A stretch of DNA of 64,000 nt from Bryobacteraceae bacterium (GTDB lineage: Bacteria > Acidobacteriota > Terriglobia > Bryobacterales > Bryobacteraceae). The notes beneath the pieces are model-generated. The model had not been told where the DNA came from, did no database searches, and saw only the letters and a list, made by a program, of their open reading frames with translations. The stretch covers positions 2,609 to 66,608 of the forward strand of contig DATJNO010000096.1 of NCBI GenBank assembly GCA_035508055.1, given 5' to 3'. A program made the translations under genes and the position numbers. Of this stretch, positions 32,224 to 43,061 are shown piece after piece (within the stretch, counting starts at the first letter, position 1; the number at the start of each line of letters is the position of its first letter).

Positions 32224-32826
32224 ATGATCGCTTTTCTTCGCGGCAAACTTCTGGAAAAGCATCCCAACCAGGTGATCGTGGAGACGGGCGGCGTCGGATA
32301 CGACGTGCAGATCCCGGTCTCGACGTTTTCCGCGCTTCCCGATGCCGGCGGGGAAGTGCGGCTCCGCGTGTACACGCACGTTCGCGAAGACACCCTCGCT
32401 TTGTTCGGCTTTCTGACCGGCGAAGAGAAATCAATTTTCGAAAAGCTGATCTCGGTGAGCGGCATCGGGCCGTCGCTCGCGATCAAGGTGCTTTCGGGCA
32501 TGGCGACGGCGGATCTGATCGCGGCGATTCGCGGGGGCCTGGTGGAACAGCTGGTCCGCATCCCGGGCGTGGGCAAGAAGACCGCGGAGCGGATCGTCCT
32601 GGAGCTGAAAGACAAGCTGGAGGGCGTTGGGATCGCCGTCCCGCCCGGAGTTCCCGTCAAAGCGGAACCGGCGCTGGGTGCAATCGAGCAGGACGTTCTG
32701 TCAGCGCTGCTGAATCTGGGCTGCAATCGCGCCGCCGCCGAAGCCGCCGTGCGCAAGGCCAAAGGCGCCGAAACCGCGCCGGCCTTCGAGCCGCTGTTCC
32801 GAAAGGCGTTGGAGCTGGTTCGCTAG
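32224..32826 (+). CDS. ruvA: Holliday junction branch migration complex subunit RuvA
   Basis: MIAFLRGKLLEKHPNQVIVETGGVGYDVQIP.. and the HhH motifs GIGPSLA / IPGVGKKTAERI. Confidence 0.93.
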   Translation: MIAFLRGKLLEKHPNQVIVETGGVGYDVQIPVSTFSALPDAGGEVRLRVYTHVREDTLALFGFLTGEEKSIFEKLISVSGIGPSLAIKVLSGMATADLIAAIRGGLVEQLVRIPGVGKKTAERIVLELKDKLEGVGIAVPPGVPVKAEPALGAIEQDVLSALLNLGCNRAAAEAAVRKAKGAETAPAFEPLFRKALELVR

Positions 32827-32855
32827 CCGTGGATCGCCTGCTAACCTGGAACCAC

Positions 32856-33881
32856 ATGCGTGAAACGGGAATCGCTTCGCCTTCGGTGTTGGAAGGCGAG
32901 CGGCAGTTCGAAGCGGCTCTGCGCCCGACGCGCTTAGCCGATTTCACCGGGCAGCCCAAGCTGAAGGAGATCCTCGCCATCGCGATCGAGGCCACCAAGC
33001 AGCGGGGCGAGGCGATGGATCACGTGTTGCTCTACGGCCCGCCGGGCTTGGGCAAGACGACGCTCGCGACCATCATCGCCGCCGAGCTGGAGGTCGGCTT
33101 CGAACAAACCTCCGGGCCGATTCTGCAGAAGAAGCTCGATCTCACCGGCATCCTCACCAACATTCGCCCGCGCCAGGTATTCTTCATCGACGAAATTCAC
33201 CGCTTGCTGCCGGACGTCGAGGAGATTCTGTACGCAGCGCTCGAAGACTTCCGCATGGACATCCTGATCGGCACTGGGCCGGGCGCGCGCACGCACTCCA
33301 TCGCCATTCCGCATTTCACCGCCATCGGCGCGACCACGCGGCAGGGTTTGGTCAGCGCGCCGCTGCGTGGACGTTTCGGCCTGGTGCTGCGACTGAATCA
33401 CTATGACGAAGCCGACCTGACCGCCATCGTGATGCGTTCCGCGAAGCTGCTGGGCGTCACGGTGGATCGCGACGGCGCCGAAGAGATCGCGCGCCGCAGC
33501 CGGGGAACTCCCCGCATCGCTAACCGCCTGTTGCGCCGCGTCCGCGATTACGCGCAGGTCCGAGCCGAAGGCCACGTTGACCTGGCGGCGGCCACCCGCG
33601 CGCTCGATCTCCTCGAAGTGGACCGCTACGGCCTGGACGAGATCGACCAGAAGATCATGCTGACGCTGCTCGAAAAATACAGCGGCGGTCCGGTGGGCGT
33701 GAATACCATTGCGGCCTCGATCGACGAAGAGGCGGATACGATCGCGGAGGTGTACGAGCCGTACCTGATTCAACTCGGTTTCATCGACCGGACACCGCGC
33801 GGCCGCGTGGGCACGGAGCGCGCCTTCGAGTATTTCCATATTCCGCGCCCGCGCGGCAGCCTGCAGAATCCGTTGTTCTAG
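32856..33881 (+). CDS. ruvB: Holliday junction DNA helicase RuvB
   Basis: Internal ATG of ORF 31701..33881. Motifs LRPTRLADFTGQ, YGPPGLGKTTLA, FIDEIHRL and RGTPRIANRLLRRVRD. Confidence 0.93.
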   Translation: MRETGIASPSVLEGERQFEAALRPTRLADFTGQPKLKEILAIAIEATKQRGEAMDHVLLYGPPGLGKTTLATIIAAELEVGFEQTSGPILQKKLDLTGILTNIRPRQVFFIDEIHRLLPDVEEILYAALEDFRMDILIGTGPGARTHSIAIPHFTAIGATTRQGLVSAPLRGRFGLVLRLNHYDEADLTAIVMRSAKLLGVTVDRDGAEEIARRSRGTPRIANRLLRRVRDYAQVRAEGHVDLAAATRALDLLEVDRYGLDEIDQKIMLTLLEKYSGGPVGVNTIAASIDEEADTIAEVYEPYLIQLGFIDRTPRGRVGTERAFEYFHIPRPRGSLQNPLF

Positions 33882-33884
33882 AAA

Positions 33885-34373
33885 GTGGACACCGTTTATC
33901 TTTCGCTCGGCTCCAACCTCGGCAACCGCGAAGCCCATCTTCGTGACGCTCTGGCGCGGCTGGAGGCGGCCCAGGTTCAGGTGTTGCGCCGATCCTCGGT
34001 GTACGAAACCGAGCCGCAGGACCTCCGCAATCAGCCGTGGTTCTTGAACCTCGTCGTCGAGGCCGAGACTCGCTTGTTCCCGCTGCAACTGCTCGCGCGC
34101 CTCCAGGACATTGAGCACGAAATGGGCCGCCGGCGAATCACGCCCAAAGGCCCGCGGACCATCGACCTCGACATTTTGTTCTTCGGAACGTTCGTCATCC
34201 ACACGAAGGAGCTCCAAGTGCCGCATCCGCGGCTCGACCAGCGCCGGTTCGTCCTGGAGCCTTTGGCTGAAATCGCCCCGAGTCTTCGTCACCCGGTCAC
34301 GGGCCGGACCGCGCGCGAGATGCTGGCGGCCGTTGAGCCGCAGACTGTGCGGCGTGTGAACGTCAGCCTTTAA
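33885..34373 (+). CDS. folK: 2-amino-4-hydroxy-6-hydroxymethyldihydropteridine diphosphokinase
   Basis: YLSLGSNLGN..VYETEP..RTIDLDILFF..PHPRLDQRRFVLEPLAEIAP. Confidence 0.9.
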   Translation: MDTVYLSLGSNLGNREAHLRDALARLEAAQVQVLRRSSVYETEPQDLRNQPWFLNLVVEAETRLFPLQLLARLQDIEHEMGRRRITPKGPRTIDLDILFFGTFVIHTKELQVPHPRLDQRRFVLEPLAEIAPSLRHPVTGRTAREMLAAVEPQTVRRVNVSL

Positions 34374-35076
34374 GCAGCCACTGGCGGTCCTTCTGAGTCA
34401 TTTTTTCCGCGGCGAGCCGCAGCACCAGCCGGGGCGCATCGGCGCGCCAATCATCCAAAAACCGGATCACTTCGCGCGGCTTGTGCGGATACGTCTCTTT
34501 CAGCATCCAACCCAGGCCCTTTTGCACCATGTCGTCGGCATCGTGTTTCAACAGCGCGGCAATGCGGAGGATCATCGCGGTGCTTCGTCCGCGCCGCGCT
34601 TCGTACACCAGCGAGACCGCGGAGGCGCGCCGTGTCCAGCGATTCTTTGATTTTGTCCAGCCGGTGAGCCTCTCGGCCAGCGCGGGCTCATTCTCGATGC
34701 ACGCGGCCAGCAGCCAGGTTGAGACGCCGTCGCAATGTCCCCAATTCTTCACGTAGCGGTTCATCCAACGCTCGAACATCGCGAATTCGCGCTCGCCGCA
34801 CGATTTGGCAAAACGGCGGTAAACGTAGCAGACGATGGAGCCTTCCTCCATCCGGCCGCTCTTCCACAACGCGGTTATGAAGCGGTCGCGCTGCGGCGCC
34901 AGCCAATACTTTAGTTCGCGATAAGTCAGCCGCGCGATCTCGCGCACCTGCGGCGCTGCCACTCCATACGGCTGGATCGGCTCGCGAAAGAACTGGCGCA
35001 TCCCTTCGGCGGTCTTAGGCCGCGCTGCTTCGCGCAATCGTCCGCGAGTGGCCTCAAGAAGCTCCGGAATGTTCAC
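34363..35076 (-). CDS. DNA alkylation repair protein (AlkD/AlkC-like HEAT-repeat family)
   Basis: 237 aa. The pattern ..EGMRQFFREPIQPYGVAAPQVREIAR.. and WTRRASAVSLV match my memory of that family. Confidence 0.65.
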   Translation of the reverse strand: MNIPELLEATRGRLREAARPKTAEGMRQFFREPIQPYGVAAPQVREIARLTYRELKYWLAPQRDRFITALWKSGRMEEGSIVCYVYRRFAKSCGEREFAMFERWMNRYVKNWGHCDGVSTWLLAACIENEPALAERLTGWTKSKNRWTRRASAVSLVYEARRGRSTAMILRIAALLKHDADDMVQKGLGWMLKETYPHKPREVIRFLDDWRADAPRLVLRLAAEKMTQKDRQWLLKG

Positions 35077-35857
35077 GGCAAATCCCCCGCTTGCTCGACT
35101 GGATGAACCGCACCAGGTGCCGCGCGTGTTCGGTGTCCAGTTCGGCCGAAATGCGCGCCAGCGCGTCCTTCAGCTTCAAGCGAGAGCCATAGAGAATCTT
35201 ATAGGCGGCCTTCAGCGCGGAGATTTCCTCCGGCTGGAGCCCGGCGCGCTTCAACCCGACTTTGTTCAGACCCTGCGGCGTGGCGTACAGGCCCGCATAG
35301 AGAAAAAACGGTGGCGTGTCCATGTTCACGCGCACGCTCCCGCCAATCATCGCCAGCCGTCCGATCTTAGAGTACTGATGCACGCCGACTCCGCCGGAAA
35401 TGAACGCCTGATCTTCGACCTCCACGTATCCGGCCACCAGCGTGCAGCTCGCGATCACGCAGTTGTTTCCGATTTTGCAATTGTGCGCGATATGGCCCGA
35501 AGTCATGATGTAGTTGCCGTCGCCGATTTCGGTGACGCTCTCCGGCTTGGTCCCGCGCGAGATGGTGAAATGCTCGCGGATGATGTTGCCATCGCCGATG
35601 CGCAGATAGCTGCGCTCGCCGGTGAAAGCTTTGTCGAGCGGGTCGGTGCCCAGCACCGTTCCCGCGGAAATCTGGTTGCGATCGCCGAGTGTAGTCCAGC
35701 GTTTCACGTAGACGTAAGGCTCCAGCAGGCAGTGAGCACCGATGACCACGTCCTGCTCGATGATGACGAAGTCGCCCAGGACGGTCTGCGGCCCGATCTG
35801 CGCGTCCGGATGCACGCGTGCGGTGGGCGAGACCGTCGCGGAAGGATCAACCGGCAT
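35054..35857 (-). CDS. lpxA: acyl-ACP--UDP-N-acetylglucosamine O-acyltransferase
   Basis: Internal Met of ORF 35054..36967: MPVDPSATVSPTARVHPDAQIG.. with hexapeptide repeats and GLNKVGLKRAG in the C-terminal domain. Confidence 0.88.
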   Translation of the reverse strand: MPVDPSATVSPTARVHPDAQIGPQTVLGDFVIIEQDVVIGAHCLLEPYVYVKRWTTLGDRNQISAGTVLGTDPLDKAFTGERSYLRIGDGNIIREHFTISRGTKPESVTEIGDGNYIMTSGHIAHNCKIGNNCVIASCTLVAGYVEVEDQAFISGGVGVHQYSKIGRLAMIGGSVRVNMDTPPFFLYAGLYATPQGLNKVGLKRAGLQPEEISALKAAYKILYGSRLKLKDALARISAELDTEHARHLVRFIQSSKRGICREHSGAS

Positions 35858-35890
35858 AAGCTTGTATGATACAGGGCGAGGAGGCCGTGT

Positions 35891-36910
35891 TTGCGGGTCG
35901 AAGAGATCGCAAGTCATCTGAAAGCGACGTGGGAGGGCGACGGCGCGCTGGAGATCACCGGTGCTGCGTCGCTGGAATCTGCCGCGCCGCATGAAATCTC
36001 GTTCGTAGGAAGCCGCAAAGCCGCGGCCCAAGCGGTGCAATCGGCGGCCGGCTGTCTGCTGGTAACCAAGGATTTTCCGCCCGGCAGGAGCGTGATCCGC
36101 GTGGGTGACCCTCGCGCCGGTTTTGCCGCCGTGATCGGTCTGCTTTATCCGTCCGCGCCTGTTGTTCCCGGCATTCATGCGAGCGCAGTGATTGCTCCGG
36201 ACGCGGTGATTCCGGCCTCCGCTGAAATCGGCCCGCACGTGACCATCGGGCCCGGTGCGCGCATCGGAGAGCGCTCCCGCATTGGCCCAGGCTGCGCGAT
36301 CGGCGCGGGCGTCCGCCTCGGCTCGGATTGCCGGGTGCACGCGAACGTCGCCATCTACGCCAACGTCGCCATCGGCGATCGCGCGGTGCTGCATTCCGGG
36401 TGCGTGCTGGGCGCCGACGGATTCGGCTTCGTACGCGCGGGCGATCACTACGAAAAATTTCCGCAGATCGGACGCGTCGAAATCGGCAATGACGTCGAGA
36501 TCGGCGCCAACACGTGCATCGATCGCGCGGCGCTGGGCGTGACTCACATCGGCGATGGCGTCAAACTGGACAACCTGGTTCACATCGGGCACAACTGCCG
36601 CATCGGCCGGAACGTGGTGATCGCGGCGCAAACCGGTCTCTCGGGGGGCGTGATTGTGGAGGACGACGCGGTCATCGGCGGGCAGGTGGGGATCGGCGAC
36701 AAGGCTCGCATCGAGTCCGGCGCGGTGCTGGGTTCGGGCTGCGGAGTTTTGACCTCGAAAATCGTTCGCCGCGGCCAAGTGGTATGGGGAACGCCGGCGC
36801 GTCCGCTGAGGGAACACCTGCAACAATTGGCGAGCCTGGGCCGCCTGCCCGAGTTGCGGGCGCAAGTCGCGGAACTGGAGAAACGAATCCGCGATCGTAA
36901 CGGAGGCTGA
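35891..36910 (+). CDS. lpxD: UDP-3-O-acylglucosamine N-acyltransferase
   Basis: TTG start. N-terminal uridine-binding domain, a long LbH hexapeptide region and a C-terminal helix. Confidence 0.88.
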   Translation: MRVEEIASHLKATWEGDGALEITGAASLESAAPHEISFVGSRKAAAQAVQSAAGCLLVTKDFPPGRSVIRVGDPRAGFAAVIGLLYPSAPVVPGIHASAVIAPDAVIPASAEIGPHVTIGPGARIGERSRIGPGCAIGAGVRLGSDCRVHANVAIYANVAIGDRAVLHSGCVLGADGFGFVRAGDHYEKFPQIGRVEIGNDVEIGANTCIDRAALGVTHIGDGVKLDNLVHIGHNCRIGRNVVIAAQTGLSGGVIVEDDAVIGGQVGIGDKARIESGAVLGSGCGVLTSKIVRRGQVVWGTPARPLREHLQQLASLGRLPELRAQVAELEKRIRDRNGG

Positions 36911-36911
36911 C

Positions 36912-37286
36912 CTATTGAGCGCCCGCGCTGTGCGCACGCGCGCACGGCTTCCGCACCGCCGCCACATTGCGGTCGAGGATGGCGTTGGCCTGCTCCACCA
37001 GTTGTTGCAGCCGGCGCATATATTGCCGCGCCTGGATTTGCTCCACGGGAAGCGTCATCTCCATGAAGTACGCGATCGCTTCCATGGAACTCAACGGCTG
37101 CCGCAATTCGTGCAGCAAGTCGCCTAAGTCGTTTCCGGGCGAAACCGCGGGCGCTTCCAAATGTAAAGTGGTGTCAACAGGTAGAGGAGTTTTAACCAGA
37201 ACAGCTTGAGCAGGAGACATCTTTTTCGGAATTCCCTTCCGTACACCCGCGCGCGTTTCCACCGGCGCGCGAGCACAATCAACCAA
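36912..37286 (-). CDS. small stand-alone HisKA/DHp-like protein (no ATPase domain)
   Basis: The H-box-like LLHELRQPLSSMEAIAYFMEM is followed by a second helix, RRLQQLVEQANAILDR. It is 124 aa; an alternative start at Met23 (37220) is possible. Confidence 0.5.
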   Translation of the reverse strand: MVDCARAPVETRAGVRKGIPKKMSPAQAVLVKTPLPVDTTLHLEAPAVSPGNDLGDLLHELRQPLSSMEAIAYFMEMTLPVEQIQARQYMRRLQQLVEQANAILDRNVAAVRKPCARAHSAGAQ

Positions 37287-37388
37287 TGGGGGAAACAGTT
37301 TTATACCGCTAAACTCTCGCTGGCGTCAAGGGGATTCGAATTAAATTTTTCAAAACACAGCGCAGAGTGAAGTGGCCCACGTTCGCGG

Positions 37389-37874
37389 TTATGCCGGAGG
37401 TTGTTTCAGGCGCGCGATGGGAGCGACAGTCGCGCCCACTGCCCGCAAGTAATCCGCCGGCGCGAGCAGGATCTGCGTTCCGCGAATGCCCGCGGAGATC
37501 GAGATGGTGTCAAACAGCTCGATCGTTTCGTCGGCATACACCGGATAGTCGCGCTTGCCTCCCAGCGCCGTCACTCCGCCGCGAATGTAGCCCGTGAGTT
37601 GTCGCACTTCCTGGAGCGGGACCATCTCCACGCGCCGGTCTCCCGTCACGCGCGCTAATGACTTGGCGTCCAGTTCCTGATTGCCGGGAATCACCGCCAG
37701 GTAGACCCCGCCGCGGTCGCCGCGCACTACCAGCGTCTTAAAAACCTGCTCGGCCGGTAGACGGATCTTTGCCGCTACGGTTCCGGCGCTCAAATCCTCC
37801 GGATCGACCTCGTATTCGCGCAGCGTGTAAGCAATCCCCAGCCCGTCCAGGATCCGCGTGGCGTTCGTCTTCAT
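37389..37874 (-). CDS. ybaK: Cys-tRNA(Pro)/Cys-tRNA(Cys) deacylase YbaK/EbsC
   Basis: Internal Met of ORF 37389..38165: MKTNATRILDGLGIAYTLREYEV..VFKTLVV..GYIRGGVTALG. Confidence 0.85.
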   Translation of the reverse strand: MKTNATRILDGLGIAYTLREYEVDPEDLSAGTVAAKIRLPAEQVFKTLVVRGDRGGVYLAVIPGNQELDAKSLARVTGDRRVEMVPLQEVRQLTGYIRGGVTALGGKRDYPVYADETIELFDTISISAGIRGTQILLAPADYLRAVGATVAPIARLKQPPA

Positions 37875-37959
37875 TTCGTCGGAACCCCGAAGGCCCGCAT
37901 GATATTCTAGTGGGTTAGGCTCCCAGGCGATCAGCCCACCCGAGCACGAGGGTTTAACC

Positions 37960-38703
37960 ATGTCAGGACATTCCAAATGGGCGACCATCAAGCATAAGAA
38001 GGCCGCTCTCGACGCCAAGCGCGGGAAAGCGTTTACCCGCATCATCAAGGAAATCATGATTGCCGCGCGTTCCGGCGGCGATCCGGACATGAATCCGCGG
38101 CTTCGCACTGCCGTTCTCGCGGCGAAGGCGGTCAGTATGCCGGCCGACAATATCAAGCGCGCCATTATGCGCGGGACTGGTGAACTCGAAGGCGGGCAGA
38201 TCGACGAAGTGATGTTCGAAGGCTACGGTCCGGGCGGGGCGGCCGTGCTGGTGCAAGTAGCCACCGATAATCGCAACCGCACCGTTAGCGAGATCCGGCA
38301 CGTGTTTTCGAAGAACGGCGGCAACCTGGGCGAGCAGGGCAGCGTCGCCTGGATGTTCGAACGGAAGGGCCAGATTGTCGTGGAAAAAGACAAGGCCGGT
38401 GAGGACCAGCTCATGACCATCGCGTTGGAGGCCGGGGCCGAAGACATGCGCGACGACGGCGAGAACTGGGAAGTGATCTCGGCGCCCGAAGCGCAGGAAG
38501 CCGTGCTCAATGCCATCCAGAAGGCCGGAGTTCCGACCGTTTCGGCCGAAATCGGCATGATTCCCAAGAACCTGACCAAGCTCGAAGGCAAAAACGCCCA
38601 GGCCATGCTGCGGCTGAGCGAGGCGTTGGAAGAACACGACGACGTGCAAAACGTGTATTCCAACTTCGACATCGACGAAAAAGAGCTGGAAGCACTGGCT
38701 TAG
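37960..38703 (+). CDS. yebC: YebC/PmpR family DNA-binding regulator
   Basis: [32 protein letters not shown].., canonical pattern. Confidence 0.93.
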   Translation: MSGHSKWATIKHKKAALDAKRGKAFTRIIKEIMIAARSGGDPDMNPRLRTAVLAAKAVSMPADNIKRAIMRGTGELEGGQIDEVMFEGYGPGGAAVLVQVATDNRNRTVSEIRHVFSKNGGNLGEQGSVAWMFERKGQIVVEKDKAGEDQLMTIALEAGAEDMRDDGENWEVISAPEAQEAVLNAIQKAGVPTVSAEIGMIPKNLTKLEGKNAQAMLRLSEALEEHDDVQNVYSNFDIDEKELEALA

Positions 38704-38708
38704 CGGCC

Positions 38709-39206
38709 ATGCGCATTCTGGGCGTGGATTGCGGCACCGAGCATACCGGCTACGGCCTGATCGAAAGCGATGGCCGTTCGCACCGGATGATCGCCGCCGG
38801 GTCCATCCACACCAGCACCCGCGATTCGCTTGCAATCCGTCTATTGGCTATCGCCCGCGGACTGCGTGAAATCATCGCCGCGCACACGCCGGACTCCGCG
38901 GCCGTGGAGGAGGTCTTCTACGCGCAGAATGTAAAGACGGCCCTGAAGCTCTCGCACGCCCGCGGCGTCGTTCTGATGACCATCGCCGAGGCGGGGCTGG
39001 CGCTGGGTGAGTATTCGCCGCTGGAGATCAAGACCAGCGTGGTGGGCTACGGCCGGGCCGAGAAGCAGCAGGTCAAGCTGATGGTGCATTCGTTGCTCGC
39101 GCTCGACGCAGCCATTGAATCCGAGGACGCCTGCGACGCCGTGGCGGTGGCCATCTGCCATGCCACGCACCTGTTTTCAAGCCTTCGCATGGGGGTGGCG
39201 CGATGA
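38709..39206 (+). CDS. ruvC: crossover junction endodeoxyribonuclease RuvC
   Basis: [38 protein letters not shown]. Confidence 0.92.
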   Translation: MRILGVDCGTEHTGYGLIESDGRSHRMIAAGSIHTSTRDSLAIRLLAIARGLREIIAAHTPDSAAVEEVFYAQNVKTALKLSHARGVVLMTIAEAGLALGEYSPLEIKTSVVGYGRAEKQQVKLMVHSLLALDAAIESEDACDAVAVAICHATHLFSSLRMGVAR

Positions 39207-39841
39207 CGTCCCGGGTGCTTGCGCTGATGCTGGCATGTTCCGCCGCCGCGCTTGCTGCGCCGCGTCTGTTCTACTCGAAATACTTCAAAGGCAGCGTGCC
39301 GGAGTACGTCGCGACCACCGTGGAGCAGGACGGCCACGTCACGTTCCAGACCGCGATGGACGATCCGGACCCGATCCAGTTCCAGCTGGACGCGGCCCGG
39401 ACGCAGGCGATGTTTGACCTGGCGGCCAAGCTGGATCATTTTCAGCATCCCGTTGAATCGGGCCTGAAAGTCGCCAACATGGGCGCCAAGACCTTCCGCT
39501 TCGAAGACGGGAGCGAAAACCATCAGGTGGAGTTCAACTATTCCGAGGATCCGAACGCCCAGGCGCTGCTCGACCAGTTCGACCAGATCACGGAAACCGA
39601 AGAACACTTCATCCAGCTGGACACCAGCGTCCACTTTGATAAGTTGGGCGTCAACGACGTGTTGTTGCAACTCGAGGACACCTGGGACCACAAACGCCTG
39701 GTGGCGCCGGAGCAGTTCCTGCCTCTGCTGGACCGCGTCGCCAAGAACGAGAGCTTTTTGCACCTGGCCCGCGAGCGGGCGGCCGCACTCGCGGAAGCCA
39801 TTCGCAAGCCGCCAACGCCATCGCCGGAGAAGACTCCATGA
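39203..39841 (+). CDS. hypothetical secreted protein
   Basis: Signal peptide [18 protein letters not shown]. Both ends overlap their neighbours as ATGA. Confidence 0.6.
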   Translation: MTSRVLALMLACSAAALAAPRLFYSKYFKGSVPEYVATTVEQDGHVTFQTAMDDPDPIQFQLDAARTQAMFDLAAKLDHFQHPVESGLKVANMGAKTFRFEDGSENHQVEFNYSEDPNAQALLDQFDQITETEEHFIQLDTSVHFDKLGVNDVLLQLEDTWDHKRLVAPEQFLPLLDRVAKNESFLHLARERAAALAEAIRKPPTPSPEKTP

Positions 39842-41139
39842 GACGCGCTGTGCTCCTCCTGCTGGCCGTTGTCGCGCCGGCTTGGGCCCAATCCAATCTT
39901 TCCCCGGCCGAGCAGGCCGCCTTGTCGCAGGCGCTGGGAGAGGCCGGCAACAGCCCGGTGGATTTCGTTCGCGCGATTGAAAACCATTTGAAGCAGTACC
40001 CCAATTCCCCCAAGCGGCCCCAATTAGAAAGCGCCCTGGTGAAAACCGCCATCGACTTGAACGACGATGCGCGCATCATCCAGTTTGGCGAGAGTGTGCT
40101 CACGCGGGAGCCCGACAATGTGCAGGTGCTGGAGCACGTGGCCACCTCGGAACTCCGCAAAGGCGACCAGGCCAGCGCTCAGCGCGCGCTGGAGCACTCG
40201 CGCCATCTGGAGCAGGTGGTGGAAGCCACATATAAGAACGACAAGTTCACTCCGGGCGCGGGGCACGAGGAAGCCAAGCGCAAAGAGCAATATGACCGCA
40301 GCCGGGCGAGCGTGCGTCTGCTGGAAGCGCGCGCCGAGGGCCTGCTGGGCCACAACGACGAGGCCATCCGGCTGGCCGAGTCCAGCTATTCGGCTTTCCC
40401 CAGCGTCGAAGCTGCCCGCGAAGCCGCGCGCTGGCTCGCCAAGGCGGGGAAGGACCAGGAAGCTCTCGAATACTTCGCCGATGCGTTCAGCATCGCCGGA
40501 TTGCGTTCGGCCGAACCGGACGGCGCGGGCGACCGCGCCCACATGGGCGAACTGTACCGCAAGCTGCACGGTTCCGAAGCGGGCCTCGGCGATATCGTGT
40601 TGAAGGCCTACGACGACACTACGTCGCTGATGGCCTCGCGCCGCGCCGAGATGCGTGAGTTCGATCCCAATGCGCAGATGAAGGACCCCATGCAATTCAC
40701 CCTGACCGCCCTGACTGGCGATCAGTTGAAGCTTTCCTCCCTGCTCGGCAAAGTGATCGTGGTGGATTTTTGGGCCACTTGGTGCGGACCGTGCCGCGAG
40801 CAGCACCCGCTCTATGGCCAGGTGGAATCGAAATTCAAGGATACCGGCGACGTGGTGTTTCTTTCGGTGGACACCGATGACGATCACAGCCTGGTAAAAC
40901 CGTTCCTCGAAAAGGTGAAGTGGGACAGCCGGAACGTGTATTTCGAGGACGGTCTGCAAAGCCTGCTGCGCGTCTCCTCCATTCCCACCACGGTCATCTT
41001 CGGCAGGCACGGCGAAGTGGTCAGCCGCATGACCGGTTTCCTGCCGGATCGCTTCGTGGCCATGTTGACCGACCGCATCCAGGAAGCGCTGGGAAACCCG
41101 CAACCGCTGCCGCCGCTGAAGAACGCCATTTCGCAATGA
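39838..41139 (+). CDS. TPR-repeat protein fused to a TlpA-like thioredoxin-fold thiol:disulfide oxidoreductase
   Basis: Signal peptide, an N-terminal TPR-like region and a C-terminal [17 protein letters not shown]. Confidence 0.8.
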   Translation: MRRAVLLLLAVVAPAWAQSNLSPAEQAALSQALGEAGNSPVDFVRAIENHLKQYPNSPKRPQLESALVKTAIDLNDDARIIQFGESVLTREPDNVQVLEHVATSELRKGDQASAQRALEHSRHLEQVVEATYKNDKFTPGAGHEEAKRKEQYDRSRASVRLLEARAEGLLGHNDEAIRLAESSYSAFPSVEAAREAARWLAKAGKDQEALEYFADAFSIAGLRSAEPDGAGDRAHMGELYRKLHGSEAGLGDIVLKAYDDTTSLMASRRAEMREFDPNAQMKDPMQFTLTALTGDQLKLSSLLGKVIVVDFWATWCGPCREQHPLYGQVESKFKDTGDVVFLSVDTDDDHSLVKPFLEKVKWDSRNVYFEDGLQSLLRVSSIPTTVIFGRHGEVVSRMTGFLPDRFVAMLTDRIQEALGNPQPLPPLKNAISQ

Positions 41140-42311
41140 CGCCCGCGCCTTTCCGCCGCGTGATCTGGATCGTGCTGGACAGCGTCGGGATCGGCGAGAT
41201 GCCGGACGCGGCCGCGTATGGAGATGCCGGCAGCGACACGCTCGGCCACATCGCCGCCCGGCGCACGCTGCATCTGCCGCAAATGGCGCAGCTCGGCTTG
41301 GGCAACATCAAGCCGCTCGCTCATGTGGGTCCGGTGGATGAGCCTACCGCCGTGTTCGGCCGCTGCGCGTTGGCCTCGCCGGGCAAAGACACCACCACGG
41401 GGCATTGGGAGATGGTGGGGATCCATCTGGCCAAGCCGTTTCCGCTGTATCCCCGCGGATTTCCGCCCGAGATCATGCAGGAATTCGAACGCCGCATCGG
41501 GCGCGGCACGCTAGGGAACTGCGCGGCGTCGGGCACGGAGATTATCCAGCAGTTGGGCGAAGAGCACATGCGCACCGGCAGGCCGATTGTCTACACCTCC
41601 GCCGACAGCGTGTTTCAAGTGGCCGCGCACGAAGAAGTGATCCCGCTGTGGGAGCTGTATAAGATCTGCGAAAGTGCGCGCGAAATCCTGCGCGGCCCGT
41701 ACGAAGTGGGACGGGTCATCGCGCGGCCCTTCGCCGGCGGTCCGGGTTCGTTCACCCGCACGCCCAATCGCAAGGATTACGCCGTGCCGCCGCCCCGCGG
41801 CATGCTGCTCGATCAACTGGAAGCCGGCAAGGTCGAAGTCGCGAGCATCGGCAAAATCTTCGACGTGTTCCTGGGGCGGGGAATCGGCGAGCACGAGAAA
41901 ACCAGGAACAACACGGACGGCATGGCGAAAACTCTCGACATGCTGGCCGAAATCGAGGCTGGCTTGCTGTTCGTCAACCTGGTGGACTTCGATCAGCTCT
42001 ATGGCCATCGCAACGACGTGGAAGGCTACGCCAAGGCGCTCGAGGAATTCGATGCCTGGCTGCCGTCGCTGTATGGGAAGCTGTCGGACCACGATCTGCT
42101 GATCCTGACCGCGGACCACGGCTGCGATCCCACCACGCCGTCCACCGACCACAGCCGCGAGTATGTTCCGCTGCTGGTTTACCGCCCGCGCAAGCCGCAA
42201 GGCGTCAACCTGGGCCTGCGTTCCACGCTCTCCGACATCGGCCAGACGGTGGCGGAAAATTTCGGCGTCAAGATCCAGTACGGAGAAAGCTTTCTGGAGG
42301 CGATACAGTGA
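41136..42311 (+). CDS. deoB: phosphopentomutase
   Basis: Internal ATG (the ATGA overlaps the preceding stop): [39 protein letters not shown].. and ..TADHGCDPT. Confidence 0.9.
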   Translation: MTPAPFRRVIWIVLDSVGIGEMPDAAAYGDAGSDTLGHIAARRTLHLPQMAQLGLGNIKPLAHVGPVDEPTAVFGRCALASPGKDTTTGHWEMVGIHLAKPFPLYPRGFPPEIMQEFERRIGRGTLGNCAASGTEIIQQLGEEHMRTGRPIVYTSADSVFQVAAHEEVIPLWELYKICESAREILRGPYEVGRVIARPFAGGPGSFTRTPNRKDYAVPPPRGMLLDQLEAGKVEVASIGKIFDVFLGRGIGEHEKTRNNTDGMAKTLDMLAEIEAGLLFVNLVDFDQLYGHRNDVEGYAKALEEFDAWLPSLYGKLSDHDLLILTADHGCDPTTPSTDHSREYVPLLVYRPRKPQGVNLGLRSTLSDIGQTVAENFGVKIQYGESFLEAIQ

Positions 42312-43060
42312 AGCGCATTCCTATCATGGCCGGGAATTGGAAGATGTACAAGACACCTTCCGAGACCACAGCATTCTTCGAGCGCTTTTGCCCGCTAGCG
42401 CAAAAGGCTACCCATTGCGAGATCGTGATCTGCCCGCCGTTCGTGGATCTCGACGCTTCCATCCGGGCCGCTCACGGTTCCCATGTGGAGATCGGCGCAC
42501 AAAATCTGTACTGGGCCAAGGAGGGCGCCTACACCGGCGAGGTGTCGGCCGGGATGCTCGCCGCCGCCGGCTGCCAGTGGGTGATCGTGGCGCACAGCGA
42601 GCGGCGCCAGTACTTCGGGGAGACCGAGGAAACGGCGCGGAAGAAGATTTGCGCCGCGCTGGAGGCGGGTCTCAAGCCGATCTACTGCGTCGGAGAACAC
42701 CTCCAGGACCGGGAAGCAGGCAAGACGCAAAATGTTTTGCATCACCAGATGCGAAACTGCGCCTGCAAGCTGGCGCCGGAACAATTCCAACGGATCGCGA
42801 TCGCTTATGAGCCGGTCTGGGCCATCGGCACCGGCAAGGTCGCAACCCCGGAAATGGCAGCCCAAGCCCACGCCTTCATCCGCAGCCAGGTCGGCGAAGC
42901 GTTCGGCGCCGCCGCGGCCGGCGCCTGCCGGATCCTGTACGGCGGAAGCGTGAAGCCCGACAACATCGCGGGCCTGATGGCTCAGGAGGAAATCGACGGC
43001 GCGCTGGTGGGCGGGGCGAGCCTCGATCCCGCGTCGTTCTCGGCCATCGTAAACTTCTGA
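42308..43060 (+). CDS. tpiA: triose-phosphate isomerase
   Basis: The GTG start overlaps the deoB stop as GTGA. Motifs [28 protein letters not shown] and YGGSV. Confidence 0.93.
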   Translation: MKRIPIMAGNWKMYKTPSETTAFFERFCPLAQKATHCEIVICPPFVDLDASIRAAHGSHVEIGAQNLYWAKEGAYTGEVSAGMLAAAGCQWVIVAHSERRQYFGETEETARKKICAALEAGLKPIYCVGEHLQDREAGKTQNVLHHQMRNCACKLAPEQFQRIAIAYEPVWAIGTGKVATPEMAAQAHAFIRSQVGEAFGAAAAGACRILYGGSVKPDNIAGLMAQEEIDGALVGGASLDPASFSAIVNF

Positions 43061-43061
43061 T

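Noticed and set aside
31701-32855. Long N-terminal extensions of track ORFs: ruvB from 31701, rsmE up to 32762, lpxA up to 36967, the PNPOx-like gene up to 31902, ybaK up to 38165, and groEL from 12885
   Set aside because: The extensions overlap neighbouring real genes and lack homology. Internal starts restore normal protein lengths and give ATGA/GTGA couplings or sensible spacers.
32934-34292. 452-aa minus-strand ORF
   Set aside because: It is antisense to ruvB and folK, both of which are unambiguous.
37963-41136. Minus-strand ORFs 37963..38835, 39047..39763 and 40024..41136
   Set aside because: They are antisense to yebC/ruvC, the secreted hypothetical protein and the TPR-TlpA gene. They are His/Arg/Gly-rich nonsense.
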